This document shows positions 33,859-46,753 of a stretch of DNA of 64,000 nt, piece after piece; position 1 is the stretch's first letter; each line of letters starts with the position of its first letter. Location: contig OX337236.1 of assembly GCA_946965045.2 (NCBI GenBank), forward strand, positions 3,286,001-3,350,000, given 5' to 3'. This DNA is from Epithemia pelagica. Its lineage: Eukaryota > Protista > Bacillariophyta. Below the pieces are notes generated by a model. The model did not search any database. It worked only from the letters and a program-made list of their open reading frames with translations, and was not told where the DNA came from. The position numbers and the translations under genes are program-made.

Positions 33859-34452
33859 GAATGCAGGCGTCTGCTGTGAGCTAATGCAACACGGGAAGCG
33901 AGTCAGAATGGGATGAATGACATGTTCCTTCTGGTCCATCATGTCGTCAGATTCTTCTGTTTGGTACTTGTACTTGTACTTGTACTTGTGGCCTTGCTTC
34001 CTTCACTATATACCTGATGAGTGATGCCCACTCACATCATTGGATCAAGAGAGGACCACTGTCTCACTCTGTTTTGTTGTTATTGATGTGAACAGTCCGT
34101 AGGCCCAAGGCAAGAATGGTGTTCCATAAATGGTGTTGGTCGAGATGACTCAGAAACTAGGGATATCTACCCAGTGGATGTTGGATTGTCGATCTGTTGG
34201 ACCTCTTCGTCATAGGAGGACCTCTTCATCACAGATTGGGATGTCGATCTCTCTCCCTCTCGTCTCGTCGTATCTTACATACTTTTCTTGGGGTCATGAA
34301 ATCTATGTGCGATTGATTGCCCTTCATCATCGTACGCAGGACAGGCACAACTTTCCTGTCTCCACACATCACTCTCTCTCCTCTCCTCGCTGCGAAAGCT
34401 CAATTGCAAAGCTGTCATTTCTCGTCGACGTTGTTGTAAAGCGCCGTTGACC

Positions 34453-35669
34453 ATGACAACGACACTGCAAAAGCAAGCATTGCAGTCGGGCCTTGTCTTA
34501 TTTGACGAGACACCAGAATGGAATGAAGACGACTGGCCTCTTCTTGAGGGTGGATGGCGTGCAGGTCATACTTCGCTCGACTTGAGCATACCGATAACAA
34601 CAAGGAACAAACTGTCGTCGTGATGGGAGGACATCAACAAGGTCAATGCGATTTCAATTCCGTTCTTTTATTGAATCTGGCAGACCCAGACAAGCAATGG
34701 CAAGAAGGACCATCAATGAACAAGAAACGTTCTGGACATGCCGCTGCTGTGTGCAACGGAGCCGTCTACGTAATGGGAGGATACAACGATGAAATAATTG
34801 TGATGGGAGGATTCAATCAAGTTCCATTGGATTCTATCGAAAGAATTGATTCCAATGATTTGCTGCAATCATCTTTGACAACCAGCACCACACATGAACG
34901 TCATTGGACGACATTGACATGTCGATTATCAACGGGCCAAGATGGATGTTGTGCTGTTGCGGTGCATGATCGATACATTGTTGTAATGGGTGGCTACAGC
35001 GATCATGATTTGTCGTCAGTGGATATTATAGATACAAACAACCACACTGTCACTGCGGGACCAAGCATGACTGTTCCTCGATCTTTTTGTTCCAGTGCGG
35101 TCGTTGGCCACCGCATTTTTGTCGTTGGAGGTCATAACGATGAGCATGTCAATCTTGCCTCGGTGGAGTACGTGGACTTTGCAGAGCCCTGTGACAGTGA
35201 TCAGATAAAAGAGGAGACTGGTTCAACATTCATTCCCCTCTCGTCCGCTTGGATCACTCATTCTGATTTGGTCCTTTCCAATGCACGAACTTCTTGTGCA
35301 ATGGTTGCCGTGGGATCTTGTCTGGTTGTTGCAGGAGGATGAGGCAATTCAACCGTGGAAGTCTTGGATACACACTTCAACCGCGTGTGGAATCTTCCAC
35401 CATTCGGAAATCACCGTGATGGCTGCAATATGGTGACTGCCAATCAAGTTGCCGTGATTGGTGGTGTGTACAATTTTACCTGTGCGACATTACCACTAAT
35501 GGATAGGAATTTGTGGTGCTTTCGTTGACTCTGTGACCAGCATCCAAACGGATGGTATCAGTCTCTGGATGGACTGAGCATCTAACATGCTGATGTTTCT
35601 CCCTTTCCTACATCGACATCAGCTCGTAAACGCGCAAGGTCCAATGGAGTTTATTTCTCTAGTGGTTGA
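34453..35669 (+). pseudogene. Kelch paralog K2, pseudogene
   Basis: ATG at 34453; 1-bp deletion near 34577; stops at 35340, 35526 and 35583. Confidence 0.88.
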
Positions 35670-36057
35670 CTTGTTTTCAACGTTCGATTGCAATCCTAGG
35701 ACCTAGTATTATAAGTGTTTACTCAAGAGTAGAAACAATATGTTGCAAGATAGAACATGCTTGTATTTTGTGAAAGGCGGGGAAAGAACGACCCGATTTG
35801 TGTACCTCTACAAGTGGTACTACGCTGAAATTGCCTTTAAAGCTGGTTCCGTCTCGGACGAGAGGCTGCCAAGAGATCGGCCAATAACCTGTCGAGTCCG
35901 AACGAGAAGTCTGGCTAGTAGTCATAACACAACCTATCCTAGTTAATCATTGCCTTGAAGCAGATAGTGTTGACAGTCCATAGCTAAAACCTGAATTTCG
36001 ACAATGGCTAATTTCACTAGTATCTGTTACGACTATGGACTATGGATCTGTGGACGA

Positions 36058-37060
36058 CTAGGATGGATCTGTGTAGTCAACGGAGAAGAGTTTCTCTCCA
36101 TTGTTGATGGCAAGTTGCGAGACGATAAGGATGACACGGAAAGCACGGCCATGGGACGCAATGTCATGCCGCCACATTTGACGCAGACAACCCCAGTCCT
36201 TGAACCGTTTGTTGATGGTTTCTTGTCGGCTTTGGACTCGTTGTTACATTTTCAGATTGTCTGCTGGATTGCTGAATCCAGCTGGGCACTTGACAAACTC
36301 AGGATGTTCGCCACGGTAGCCATCATCAGCCTCGACCCTCTCATTGGGGTCGAGGTGTGACAGAAGACAGTCACGGAAAATTGTGATGTCGTTGTGGCTG
36401 CCAGCAACGTAGGGCCCATTCAACCACACGACATCCCCTGTCAAAATACACAGCCCAATTTCATATCTGAGGGCACTTTTCTTGAATTTGTGGCTGTAGA
36501 ACTTGCGTCCGTTCTCAGCCACCCGAAAGTCTGTCCCATCAACACTAATGAGGCAGTCATTCCCTTTGTCTAGCTTATAGCGGTTTTCCCACACTATCTG
36601 TAAAGCATTCTCGGAATGTTAGACAATGAAACAAAAACAAACAAAAACCACTGTAGGGAGACTTACCACTTGACTTTCAAGGTGGACAATGGCATTAATG
36701 AAGAGCAATGTCCATTTCGAGAACGTGTTCCTGTTGACACCACCAGCAAGAGTGCACAGGCACCAAGTCGGACTCCACAAGAGCGCACCACAAATTCAAG
36801 CAAACAAGAATGCCACACCCAAAATACTGCCGAAACATCCGCTCCTCACTTTGGACGGTCCCCTTTTTACGGCGGAACAAAAGGAAATCGTTGCTCCAGA
36901 TCAACCGGGCATAGTACAAAAAGTCTTCAGGGTTTGGGGCAGACCAGCGTTGCCGCTTGTTCCCCTCGGCATTCGACGGAGCCATGATGGACAGTTTTTG
37001 TGAGAAATCTTGAGGACGAGACACGACTTTTAGGTAGAAATCGTACCTTTCACGATTCAC
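36058..37060 (-). pseudogene. PIF/Harbinger-type DDE transposase (DDE_Tnp_4-like), disrupted
   Basis: CLISVDGTDF, VEADDGY and RQETINKRFK triad; intron 36598-36666 (GTAAGT...TACAG); premature TAA near 36244; frameshift or deletion near 36760. Confidence 0.85.
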
Positions 37061-37359
37061 GCGAGCATCGATTTCTCCTTTCTACTTCTACTAGGGACTA
37101 CAACTGTGGATTAGGGACCGTTCCCCACCGAAAAATTTGAACGGATCCATGTTGATTTCGTTGATAGTGTTACATAGGCAGATGACTATTCATTCGTGAC
37201 CAATATAACACCACTCTCTAGACCTGTCATATTGACTTAGCACGTACATGTCCATTACAGATTAGACAAACAACCGATTAAGCGTAAGAAAGCGGGCCGG
37301 TCAGTTGGATGGCACGTGTCAATAATTAATCTTGGTCCTGATGTCAGAAATCTGGTCCC

Positions 37360-37449
37360 GATCTCGGAATTTGGGTCGATCTCGGAATTCGGGCCAGATC
37401 TCGGAATTCGGGTCGATCTCGGAATTCGGGCCAGATCTCGGAATTTGGG
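37360..37449 (+). repeat. Five tandem copies of GATCTCGGAATTYGGG with alternating TC/CCA spacers
   Basis: Copies at 37360, 37378, 37397, 37415 and 37434. Confidence 0.9.
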
Positions 37450-37644
37450 CTTTCCGTTGAACGGACCAATTATGTTTTTTCAGTTACCGCGCCTGCTTGC
37501 AATGCCGTGTGACTGCGAGAGGGAAAGTCAACTCGTTTCTGATTGCAAGCGTGCCAGTCACACAAACACAACGGAGTGCTCAGAAGAAGAACTTCACGTC
37601 GTTGTCTCGCAATCTCTTGCCATCATAAATTTTGTCTCAATGAA

Positions 37645-38883
37645 ATGAAAGTGGTGCTACCGACTGACAGAGTACCTGCTTGGAGTAAGAAAGACGACGC
37701 CAAGCTCGCTGAACTCTTTCGCTAGGGTCCAAGCCATGGTGGAATTTCAAGCAACGACACGTCCGTTAACACTGCGAAGAAAGTCCTTCTCACTCACTTT
37801 CCCGAGCGCTGCAAGCCCGACGTCCACAAGGCATACAAGAATTTTGGCCCTCTCTTTTGCGAAAAAGCCAGAGCCTGGAATATTAACCAGACTTTGACAG
37901 GGGCACGGAAAGCCCGAGCTGGTAAACGACGTAAGTGCAAGTGTCCATTGTTGAAAGTTGCTTCATGATTCTAACTACTTTCTTTCTTTTGTTATAGAAT
38001 CAGCCGTTGCTGCTGAAGAGCAAAATTGCCTAGAGGTTAACAACCTTGTCGAGGACGAAGCCGAGGAAGTTGAAGACGGAGACTACAGTGGCGCTGAGGA
38101 GGAGGAGGACATCTCCATTGATCTTGAAGAGGCGTCAGTTGAATCTGGTGCAGCAGAAGAAGAGGTAGAAGACAACAACAGCGAATCAACAGCTTCAGCA
38201 TGGAGGAGGCGGTTCAAGCGTTCAAAAAGATGGGCCTCACCCCGGCCAAGACACCTAAGAAGGGTGGTGCTGGTGCTGCTTTCAAGGAACTGGTAGTAGC
38301 GGCTTCATATCCCTACTGTGCATCTAAGTTTGAGAGTTCTAATACTCTGTTCTGTTCTGTGGACATGTGTGTCCCAGGAGGGTCCACGAAGACCTACACT
38401 CCGGGGCTGGTGGATGATGGCATGGCAGTCCAGGTCGATTCTGTTGTGCCAAACTATTTCTTCCAGAAAGGTCGACTGTTGGCGGCGCATCCTGATCTTG
38501 GGCAAGCGGACCATAGGGTCACAGAGTTCAAGCAATTCTGTGACCGGGCCAAACAGGAACATGCAACGTATGAGGGTGGCAAACCAAAGTTTGTAGCGAA
38601 GCAGAAAATCAAGTTACCTTTCAAGTGTGTGAAGGAAGATATGCAATACAAACTACAAGCCTTCAGTTCGAAGGACAAAGACTTCACCAAGGAGCAGAGG
38701 GGTGCTGCCAAGATGTTTGTTTTCTCGATACTCCTCAAGGCCGCCAAGCAACCGGAACGAAAGCGTGCAAACCAAGGCACGGCACGGACCATCGCCCCTT
38801 ACAATGATTCTGATGACTCCGATGTCCAAGAGGTGGATGTGGATGAGGATGAGATAAGTCATGATGGTGACTACCAGAACTGA
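37645..38883 (+). pseudogene. Second Harbinger gene, Myb/SANT-like N-terminus plus acidic region, disrupted
   Basis: WSKKDDAKLAELF resembles a Myb repeat start; TAG at 37723; probable intron ~37922-37998; frameshift near 38199; lies inside the TIRs, divergent from the transposase. Confidence 0.65.
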
Positions 38884-41800
38884 ATTTTGACCTACGAGAA
38901 TGTCGCCTCCCCTAAATCTTGGTGGAATGATGTTTGGACTAACGACCTAGCCTTTTGGGACATTGACGATACCTACTACGAGAAAGGCTAGCTTACGTAG
39001 ATAATCGATTAGTAGTGCAATCCAAGACGGAACAAGCTTTTAAGGCAATTTCGCTTCGGCCATTACCCATTTATATCTGTCAGTTGTGGGACAGTGCCAC
39101 AACCGTGACTGTGCAGTCGTGAGACCACACTCTAAATAACACAGAATGGATTGCTAGCTGTGGCACGGAGGCCACCAACCAATGAGAGGAGCAGGAACAA
39201 AAGCACGCCAAGGCAAAACCTTGTTGGACCTGACGTTGTCGAGTTTGTATGGAAGTAAGGAGGGAGGACCATGTCATATCCAATTCCGACATGATGGCCA
39301 AGAACAGGTTGTCCCTTTCGGAGGAGAGTCTCCGCGCTCCAATCACAATGCCTTCTTCTACCTGATGTTGCATGTGAATCACAATACGTTGCTGCACTTG
39401 ACATGTACCATAGTAATGTGTCATTTGCCCGATATGAAAGGTCGCCACACTTGGATCATCCGCAAACGTTCTACGGGTTCTTCTCGTCGCCTGACTCGCC
39501 ACGCTTCGAGAATCCTAGTACCGAGATGCCTGGCTTGCATCACTTTTTTGCGGGTCATTGGTACTTCCCTGTGAAAATGCTTTGAATTTCTTTGTTCCTG
39601 CGCCCGGAGGCAACCTCGTATCAAACCAATCTTCCGTATGATTGTGTTCGTCTTCGGTCATTTATTCGTCAAAGTGCTGTCCGATGGCAAATGGCTTCGT
39701 ATCAAAGGTCAACACAGATGCACCGTCCACTTCGGACTCAAACGGACCACCAGCATTCCCATCTCCCGCTTCCTCCGATGGCAATGGCAAATTATGGTTG
39801 CTCCATGCCGTCTGGCGACAGGCCACTCTCTTCCACGACAACGCTTTCCAAGCACAAATGAAACACTTGGAATTTTTATCCAATCAAGTCTATCGGGAGC
39901 TCCATCTGTTGGTCCAATGACGAAGAAACCTGCGACTGTGCTCGATAATTTCCACCAAGGCCAAAATACCTTGCCGTGGAAGGCGCCGCCGACTCCGCCG
40001 ACGCTGAAGTAGTAGGTTTTTGGTCCAAATCAAATCTCCATCGGGGCGTTTGCATGTTTGGTAGCAGTTCTCCAAAGTCCCAACGTCCCAAACACTTGAA
40101 CCATGGAAGAAGGGGATCCGACTCGAGAAATGTACGCACACAAGATGGAACACAAGCGACCAACGGGTGCCGCCTTGGGTAATAGCGGTTTGAGCAACGA
40201 GTGCACAGAGGACTCGTCCTGTGTGTCGCCCTTGCTGCTGTAACAGAGAAAATTGGTTGTTATGTTGGTGGTGCAACAGGAGAAACTGTGTTCTCGTACG
40301 GTGGTATGCAGAACTTGTCGGACAGTATCCATGGCTTGCCAGGGTTAAATCAAATCTTCCATTGCATCGGCCTAATCCATTGCATTGACCAATGCCATGG
40401 TGGTAGATCCCACACGAGACGCTTGTTGCGCCAATTCACGAGCCATGATATTTCCAGCAGCAGTATCCCAGTGTTCCAAAATAGCTGCATCGGTCAACTC
40501 GGACAGCAAAAGGTTTCACCGGGTAGGGTACTGGTTCGAATCAAGGCGGCCAACAAACAATGCTGCATTACGGCGAGGGGAGAACGAACCACGGATGCAT
40601 CGTGTCGAACTTGGAGGGTAAAGGACAATGCCCAGACACTGCTTTCAATTGCCTCTTCAGCCTCGACCTAATCCTCCTGAGACAAGGCTTGACAGCGACT
40701 GAACCGTGGGTGTTGTTGCTCCTCTTTTTCCTTCTCCTCGTTGCCAGTCTTTTGTGAATGTCCGCATGGGAGATGCCGGATGGAGTGGTACTTTCAATTG
40801 CCTCTTCAGCCTCGACCAAACGTGACAAAGGCCACAAGGAATCAATCGGGTCTTGGACCGGACTACCAAATCCAGCAAATGACTTTGCAGTTGTCGCCCA
40901 CCACGTTCCACTTGTTCTTGTCGTGTGAGCTCCAAGTTGGTGGGTGGTGCCAACAGTCTTGTCAGTGGTGATCTCCAAGCAGCAGCAAAAGCCGAAGAAG
41001 AAGCATGGCCCCATCCATAGAACTCCAAAGACGGAATGGAGCCGTCATTGAGAAGCAAAGGGAAGGATGCAGTCTGTGGACTGCGGCAACCGCACCGAAA
41101 GTACTTCAATTGAACTTAAACAAAAGACGGCGACGGCCACAGACACATTGTGGTGCTGATTGCTGATGGTATCTTTTTTGTCGTTCGTTTCGATGGATAT
41201 TCCCCCAAACTTTGATGTGGAGTCCCCCTCCCCCAAAGTCTGCGGAGTCTCTTCCAAATCTTGGTCGCGGAATGAGGACAGGAATTGCTCGCAGGCGCGC
41301 CGACCGAGACGAGCCCGGTCACTCTAAAATATCGATTGATGTCGCCAAAAGACGACCACTCTTTAATAGAATCTACTGCTACACTCAATGGGAAACAAGG
41401 CATCTACGGTATCATCCCAACGGCAACGGCGTTCGATCCACGGCCATGGCAGCCAAAGAATGATCATCCCAATTGGCAGTCTAAACTCATGGCAGGTATT
41501 CCTTGGGGAACCTCCAACCACACTCCCACTGGCGCAACAGATGGACCCATGACATGCATTGCGCAACCTGCCGGTGCTTTTTGTAAAAGACGCCTAGCCA
41601 GGTTGCCAAGGTCAACAGTTTACAAGCACCGTACCATGCCATGTCAGCAGCAAGTGGCCTTGGCCTTTTGATCCGTTGTATTACTGGGGTTCTTGGCGAG
41701 AGACACCACGACCCATGGCAAAAATTGCAGGATGACGAAACTGACCTGAGATGGAACAACAAGATGAAGTTTATTCCGGTATCCAAAAACACTTCCACGG

Positions 41801-42017
41801 TACTCCGAACAAGAATGCGTGATCTTCGTCATTGCGTGGCTACCGTCACGATTTGTCTCCTGACGAAAGCGACTCATCTTCGGTCTATCCATTTCGTCAA
41901 GTCAGTCGTGCTTCCAGTCCGCACCCATCAGCATCACAACAACAGAGCAGTCCTACGTGCCTCTTACAAGGCAGTGTCTCGATCCTCATAAATTCGCTGC
42001 CGTCATTGTGTGGAACC

Positions 42018-43226
42018 ATGACAACGACACTGAAAGAACAAGCATGGCAGTCGGGTCTTGCCCTGTTAGACGAGACACCTGAATGGAATGAAAACGACTG
42101 GCCACCTCTCGAAGGTGGATGGCGTTCGTGTCATGCTACGGTCGTACTCGATCACCCCGATACGGCCAGCAACGACAACAACAACAATAACAACAGGAGA
42201 CAAACGGTTGTCTTGATGGGAGGAAATCAACAACGCCGAGGTGTCACCAAATCCGTTCTTGTATTGAACTTAGCAGACCCAGACAGGCAATGGCAAGAAG
42301 GGCCACCCATGAACAAGAGTCGTGAAGGACATGCCGCTGTTGTTTGCAACGGAGGTGTTTATGTTGTTGGAGGAGACGACAGTATTTTTACATGTTTGAA
42401 TTGCATCGAAAGAATCGATTCCAATGATTTGCTGCAATCATCTACAACAAACAGCAACACACATGAGCGTCATTGGACGACATTAAACTGTCGTTTATCA
42501 GCGGAACGAGTGGGATGTTGTGCTGTTGCGGTGCATAATCGATACATTGTTGTAATGGGTGGCTACAGCGATCATGATTTGTCGTCAGTGGATATTATAG
42601 ATACAAACAACCACACTGTCACTGCGGGACCAAGCATGACTATTCCTCGATCATTTTGTGCCAGTGCGGTTATTGGTCACCGCATCTTTGTCGTTGGAGG
42701 CCGAAACGGGTACGGCAATCTTGACTCGGTGGAGTATTTGGACGACACAACACCCTGGGACAGTGATGAGACAGAAAAGGAAACTGGCTTGACGTTCACT
42801 TCTTTCTCACCCACCTCTATCACTCATTCGGAGTTGAGGCTTTCCGAACTTCGAGGTTCCTGTGCAATGGTTGCTGTGGGATCGTGTCTGGTGGTGGCGG
42901 GTGGACAAGGCCATTCAACCGTGGAAGTCTTGGATACGCGCCGCAACCGCGTTTGGAATCTCCCACCATTGGATAATCACCGCCACGGCTGCAGTGTAGT
43001 GACTGTTGCCAATCAAGTTGCCGTGGTTGGTGGATATCGCAATCCTACCTGTGCGACATTCCCATTAATGGACAAGAATACGTGGTGTTTTCGCCGTCTC
43101 TGTGAGCAGCAGCCCAACAGATGGTATCATTGTCGAGAAAGATCGGGTAAGGCTAACGGAGATGTCAATGTAACATCCTGGACCATCGTGACATCCATTC
43201 TTAAGCGATTAAAAACCAATACTTGA
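42018..43226 (+). CDS. Kelch paralog K3, intact, 402 aa
   Basis: Six Kelch repeats, same N-terminus MTTTLKEQAWQSG. Confidence 0.9.
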   Translation: MTTTLKEQAWQSGLALLDETPEWNENDWPPLEGGWRSCHATVVLDHPDTASNDNNNNNNRRQTVVLMGGNQQRRGVTKSVLVLNLADPDRQWQEGPPMNKSREGHAAVVCNGGVYVVGGDDSIFTCLNCIERIDSNDLLQSSTTNSNTHERHWTTLNCRLSAERVGCCAVAVHNRYIVVMGGYSDHDLSSVDIIDTNNHTVTAGPSMTIPRSFCASAVIGHRIFVVGGRNGYGNLDSVEYLDDTTPWDSDETEKETGLTFTSFSPTSITHSELRLSELRGSCAMVAVGSCLVVAGGQGHSTVEVLDTRRNRVWNLPPLDNHRHGCSVVTVANQVAVVGGYRNPTCATFPLMDKNTWCFRRLCEQQPNRWYHCRERSGKANGDVNVTSWTIVTSILKRLKTNT

Positions 43227-45538
43227 TGGAGGATGGAACTTGAAATGTACGGCCACAAACTTTATCATGACCATGGAGATCGTGTCCATCCTAAGTGTCC
43301 ATCTTTAGTTAAGTTGTCAATCAAACAGGTTAATGAAAAGCTCTAAATCACTGTACCTATACGGAGTGGCTTGCTACGTCGAAAAAGACATTACTCTAGA
43401 CCGGTTTCAAAGAGCAACTCCTAGTTTGGTCGGATCCATCCACCATGATCAGCTATCCGTGTACTATATAATGAGATGTTACAGCGTCGGCCATGGCACT
43501 GCTGTCCGCTGCAAACCTGCGGATATCTGGCAACCACTTTTGGGTGGATGGCCATGGTACTGTTCCCTCTCTGTGCTGTTGAAAACTCTCTGGCCTTGAT
43601 CAGAAGGAATCATCTTTCAACGGAAGATGGCGGTCTTTCATGGTCTCGTTGCATATTTTAGACAAAAAAGAGCAACCTGAATTGTGTCTCTTCAAGTGAT
43701 GGCATATAACGAACAAGTGACCTTTCGACCATGACCTGATAGTTGTGGGACGCAGTCGGTGGGGCCATGGATTGGTAGAAATGGCTGGATCCGACAGCCA
43801 ACACACTTTGTCTTCGTTTAGTTTCCATTGCGAACGCAGCAGTGAAGGGTCGTCGTCGATTCCTCTTCCTTGGTGTCAATGTCTCGTTGTGGAGCAACCA
43901 ATCCGTCGACGCGGTACAAATATTGGTTTATCGTGGGTCGTCGTCGATTCCTCTTCCTTGGTGTCAATGTCTCGTTGTGGAGCAACCAATCCGTCGACGC
44001 GGTACAAATATTGGTGGTGCTACGATTCCCAAGACTGTGCTTCTGGTGGACCTTGGTCCAACAAGGCAACTGTTTTGGAAGTCGTCATTTGATCCACCCA
44101 TTGTGGTGATGCATCGATCGACCTGTTTGTATGCGACGATTGTTCTTCTTGTTATTTAGTTGCTATTGGTGGATCAGAATCGTGATTTTTCACTTCTTGT
44201 CGTGATCCTTGATGAAAGAGACGGACGATTGTTCTAGTTGGTGTTGTTCGGATGGGTCAAGGCAAATCTTGTTGTCACTGTTGTCCACTTCTGAGGGTTC
44301 TTCGTGGAAATCGAGCATGGGTGGTTGCTGCTTCTGTACTTTTGTTTTGTTATTGGGCGTGGAAGTGGGGAAACCGAGTTTTACACCACCGCTCCACCAC
44401 GACAATATTTGTATCTCGAACTAAGCAGCAGACTCAGCAAGCGACAAAAAGCACAAGAGAGACTATACGACAAACTCCCCCAACAAAGCCTTGTCACGAG
44501 CAGGACAGGAATGTTGATTGATTGTTCATTGTCAAGTCTGGTTTCTCTTACTTGTCGTGAAATCCTCATCTGGTGTGGCTCTTTTTTGGCTGTTGGTCGT
44601 TTTGCCGGAACCTCTGACACACAAAACTCTTGTACGTTCTCGACGCCAGGTGGATCCACGCGACGACTCCCCCGGTCCACCTTTTGTTTCTTGCACTCTT
44701 GTGGTTTTCAATCGAGACAACAACACCACCCATTGGCAAATGTAGCACCGGTCCTGACACCCACCTTGGCGAGCGGAGGCCATTGAACCAGTGCCATATG
44801 CGTCTGCCACAATAAGTGGACCACATGCGCGAGCATTACTGACTACCGGCGCGACGACGGCACGAGACGGTTTTGCCTCTCCCAAAAAGATGATGATTGA
44901 TGGAGTCGGTATCAAAACTGACATAGGAGACCAACCTTTGCCGTCCAACCACATCCACGTGACATTCTCGAAAGACGAATGCAGGCATCTGGTGCGAGCT
45001 AATGCAACACGGGAAGCGAGTCACAATGGGATGAATGGCATGTTCCTTCTGGTCCATCATGTCGTCGGATTCTTGTTTTTGTGCAGTTGTACTTGTGGCC
45101 TTACTTCCTTCACTATATACCCGATGCATTCGAATCATTGGATCAAGAGAAGACCACTCTCTCTGTTGTTGTTTGTTGTCGTTGTTGTGAGCAGTCTGTA
45201 GGACCAAAGGGAAGAATGGTAGCGCGGACGAGATGACTCAGAAACTAGGGATATCTACCCAGTGGATGTTGGATTGTCAATCTGTGGACGTCTTCATCAT
45301 CAATCATAAGAGGACCTCTTCATCACAGTTTGGGATCTCTCGCTCTCCCATGTCGTATCCAAATAATGCAGCAAAAGATATAAGTCTTATATTGCATCAG
45401 CAAAAGATACTTTTCATGAAATCTATGTGCGATTGATTGCCCTTCACCATCGACGAGCGCACGACCACAGACGCTCCACGCAAAAAAGCTCGCTGCAAAT
45501 ATCCTCGCGTGCTGTCATTTCTCGTCGACACCGTGACC

Positions 45539-46753
45539 ATGACGACGACATTGAAAGAACAAGCATGGCAGTCGGACCTTGTTTTGTTAGACGAGACACC
45601 TGAATGGAATTTCGACGACTGGCCTCCTCTTGAGGGTGGATGGCGTTCGTCTCATGCAACAGTCGTACTTGACCATCCCGATACGGAAAACGATAGCAAC
45701 AACAGGGCGCAGACGGTCGTCGTGTTGGGCGGATACCAGACAGTTCAAGGCGCGCTCGATTCCATCCTTGTATTAAATTTGGCAGAATCAACCAAGCAGT
45801 GGCGAGAAGGGCCACGCATGAACCAGAAACGTTCTGGACATGCCACTGTTGTGTGCAACGGTGGCGTCTACGTCATGGGAGGCTACAATGGAAGCTCAGT
45901 ATTTGATTGTATCGAACGAATTGACGAAAAGGATTTGCTGCTATCACCTTTAACAACAAACATCATCACACATGCGAGTAATTGGACGACATTAACTTGT
46001 CGATTATCAACGCAACGATGGGGATGTTGTGCTGTCGCGGTGCACAACCGATATATTGTTACGATGGGTGGCTACAACGGTCGTAATTTGTCGTCAGTGG
46101 ATATTATAGATACAAACAACCACACTGTGATTGAGGGACCATCCATGACTGTTAAACGACAATTATGTGCCAGTGCGGTCATTGGTCACCGCATCTTTGT
46201 CGTTGGAGGTCATAACGATAATGGCAATCTTGACTCGGTGGAGTATTTGGACTATGCAACACCCTGTGACAATGATGCGACAAAGAAGGAGAAAGGCTCG
46301 ACGTTCATATCTTTCTCGTCCGCTTGGATCACTCAGTCGGAGTTGAGGCTTTCCAATGCACGAAGTCGTTATGCAATGGTTGCCGTTGGATCTTGTCTGA
46401 CTGTGGCGGGAGGATGGGACAATTCAACCGTGGAAGTTTTGGATACGCACCGCAACCGCGTGTGGAATCTCCCACCATTCGGAAATGACCGCATTGGCTG
46501 CAGTATGGTGACTGTTGCCAATCAAGTTACCGTGATTGGTGGATATCGCAATCCTTCATGTGCAACATTACCACTACTGGATAGGAATTCGTGGTGTTTT
46601 CGACGACTCTGTGAGCATCCTAGGAACGAATGGTATCACTGTTTAGAAAGATCGGGTAACGGAAATGTTAATGTATCTTCCCGCACCATCTCGACGTCCA
46701 CTCTGAAACGATTGAGGACAAATGACCAATGCATGATGGAGGATGGTACTTGA
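45539..46753 (+). CDS. Kelch paralog K4, intact, 404 aa
   Basis: Six Kelch repeats, uninterrupted ORF. Confidence 0.9.
   Translation: MTTTLKEQAWQSDLVLLDETPEWNFDDWPPLEGGWRSSHATVVLDHPDTENDSNNRAQTVVVLGGYQTVQGALDSILVLNLAESTKQWREGPRMNQKRSGHATVVCNGGVYVMGGYNGSSVFDCIERIDEKDLLLSPLTTNIITHASNWTTLTCRLSTQRWGCCAVAVHNRYIVTMGGYNGRNLSSVDIIDTNNHTVIEGPSMTVKRQLCASAVIGHRIFVVGGHNDNGNLDSVEYLDYATPCDNDATKKEKGSTFISFSSAWITQSELRLSNARSRYAMVAVGSCLTVAGGWDNSTVEVLDTHRNRVWNLPPFGNDRIGCSMVTVANQVTVIGGYRNPSCATLPLLDRNSWCFRRLCEHPRNEWYHCLERSGNGNVNVSSRTISTSTLKRLRTNDQCMMEDGT

Larger units (their letters stand above)
35827..39052. mobile_element. PIF/Harbinger-like two-gene DNA transposon, degenerate, 3226 bp
   Basis: 32-bp TIRs (35827-35858, 39021-39052; 29/32). 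GCT on both sides. The paralogous empty site is visible at ~60030-60050. Confidence 0.88.
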
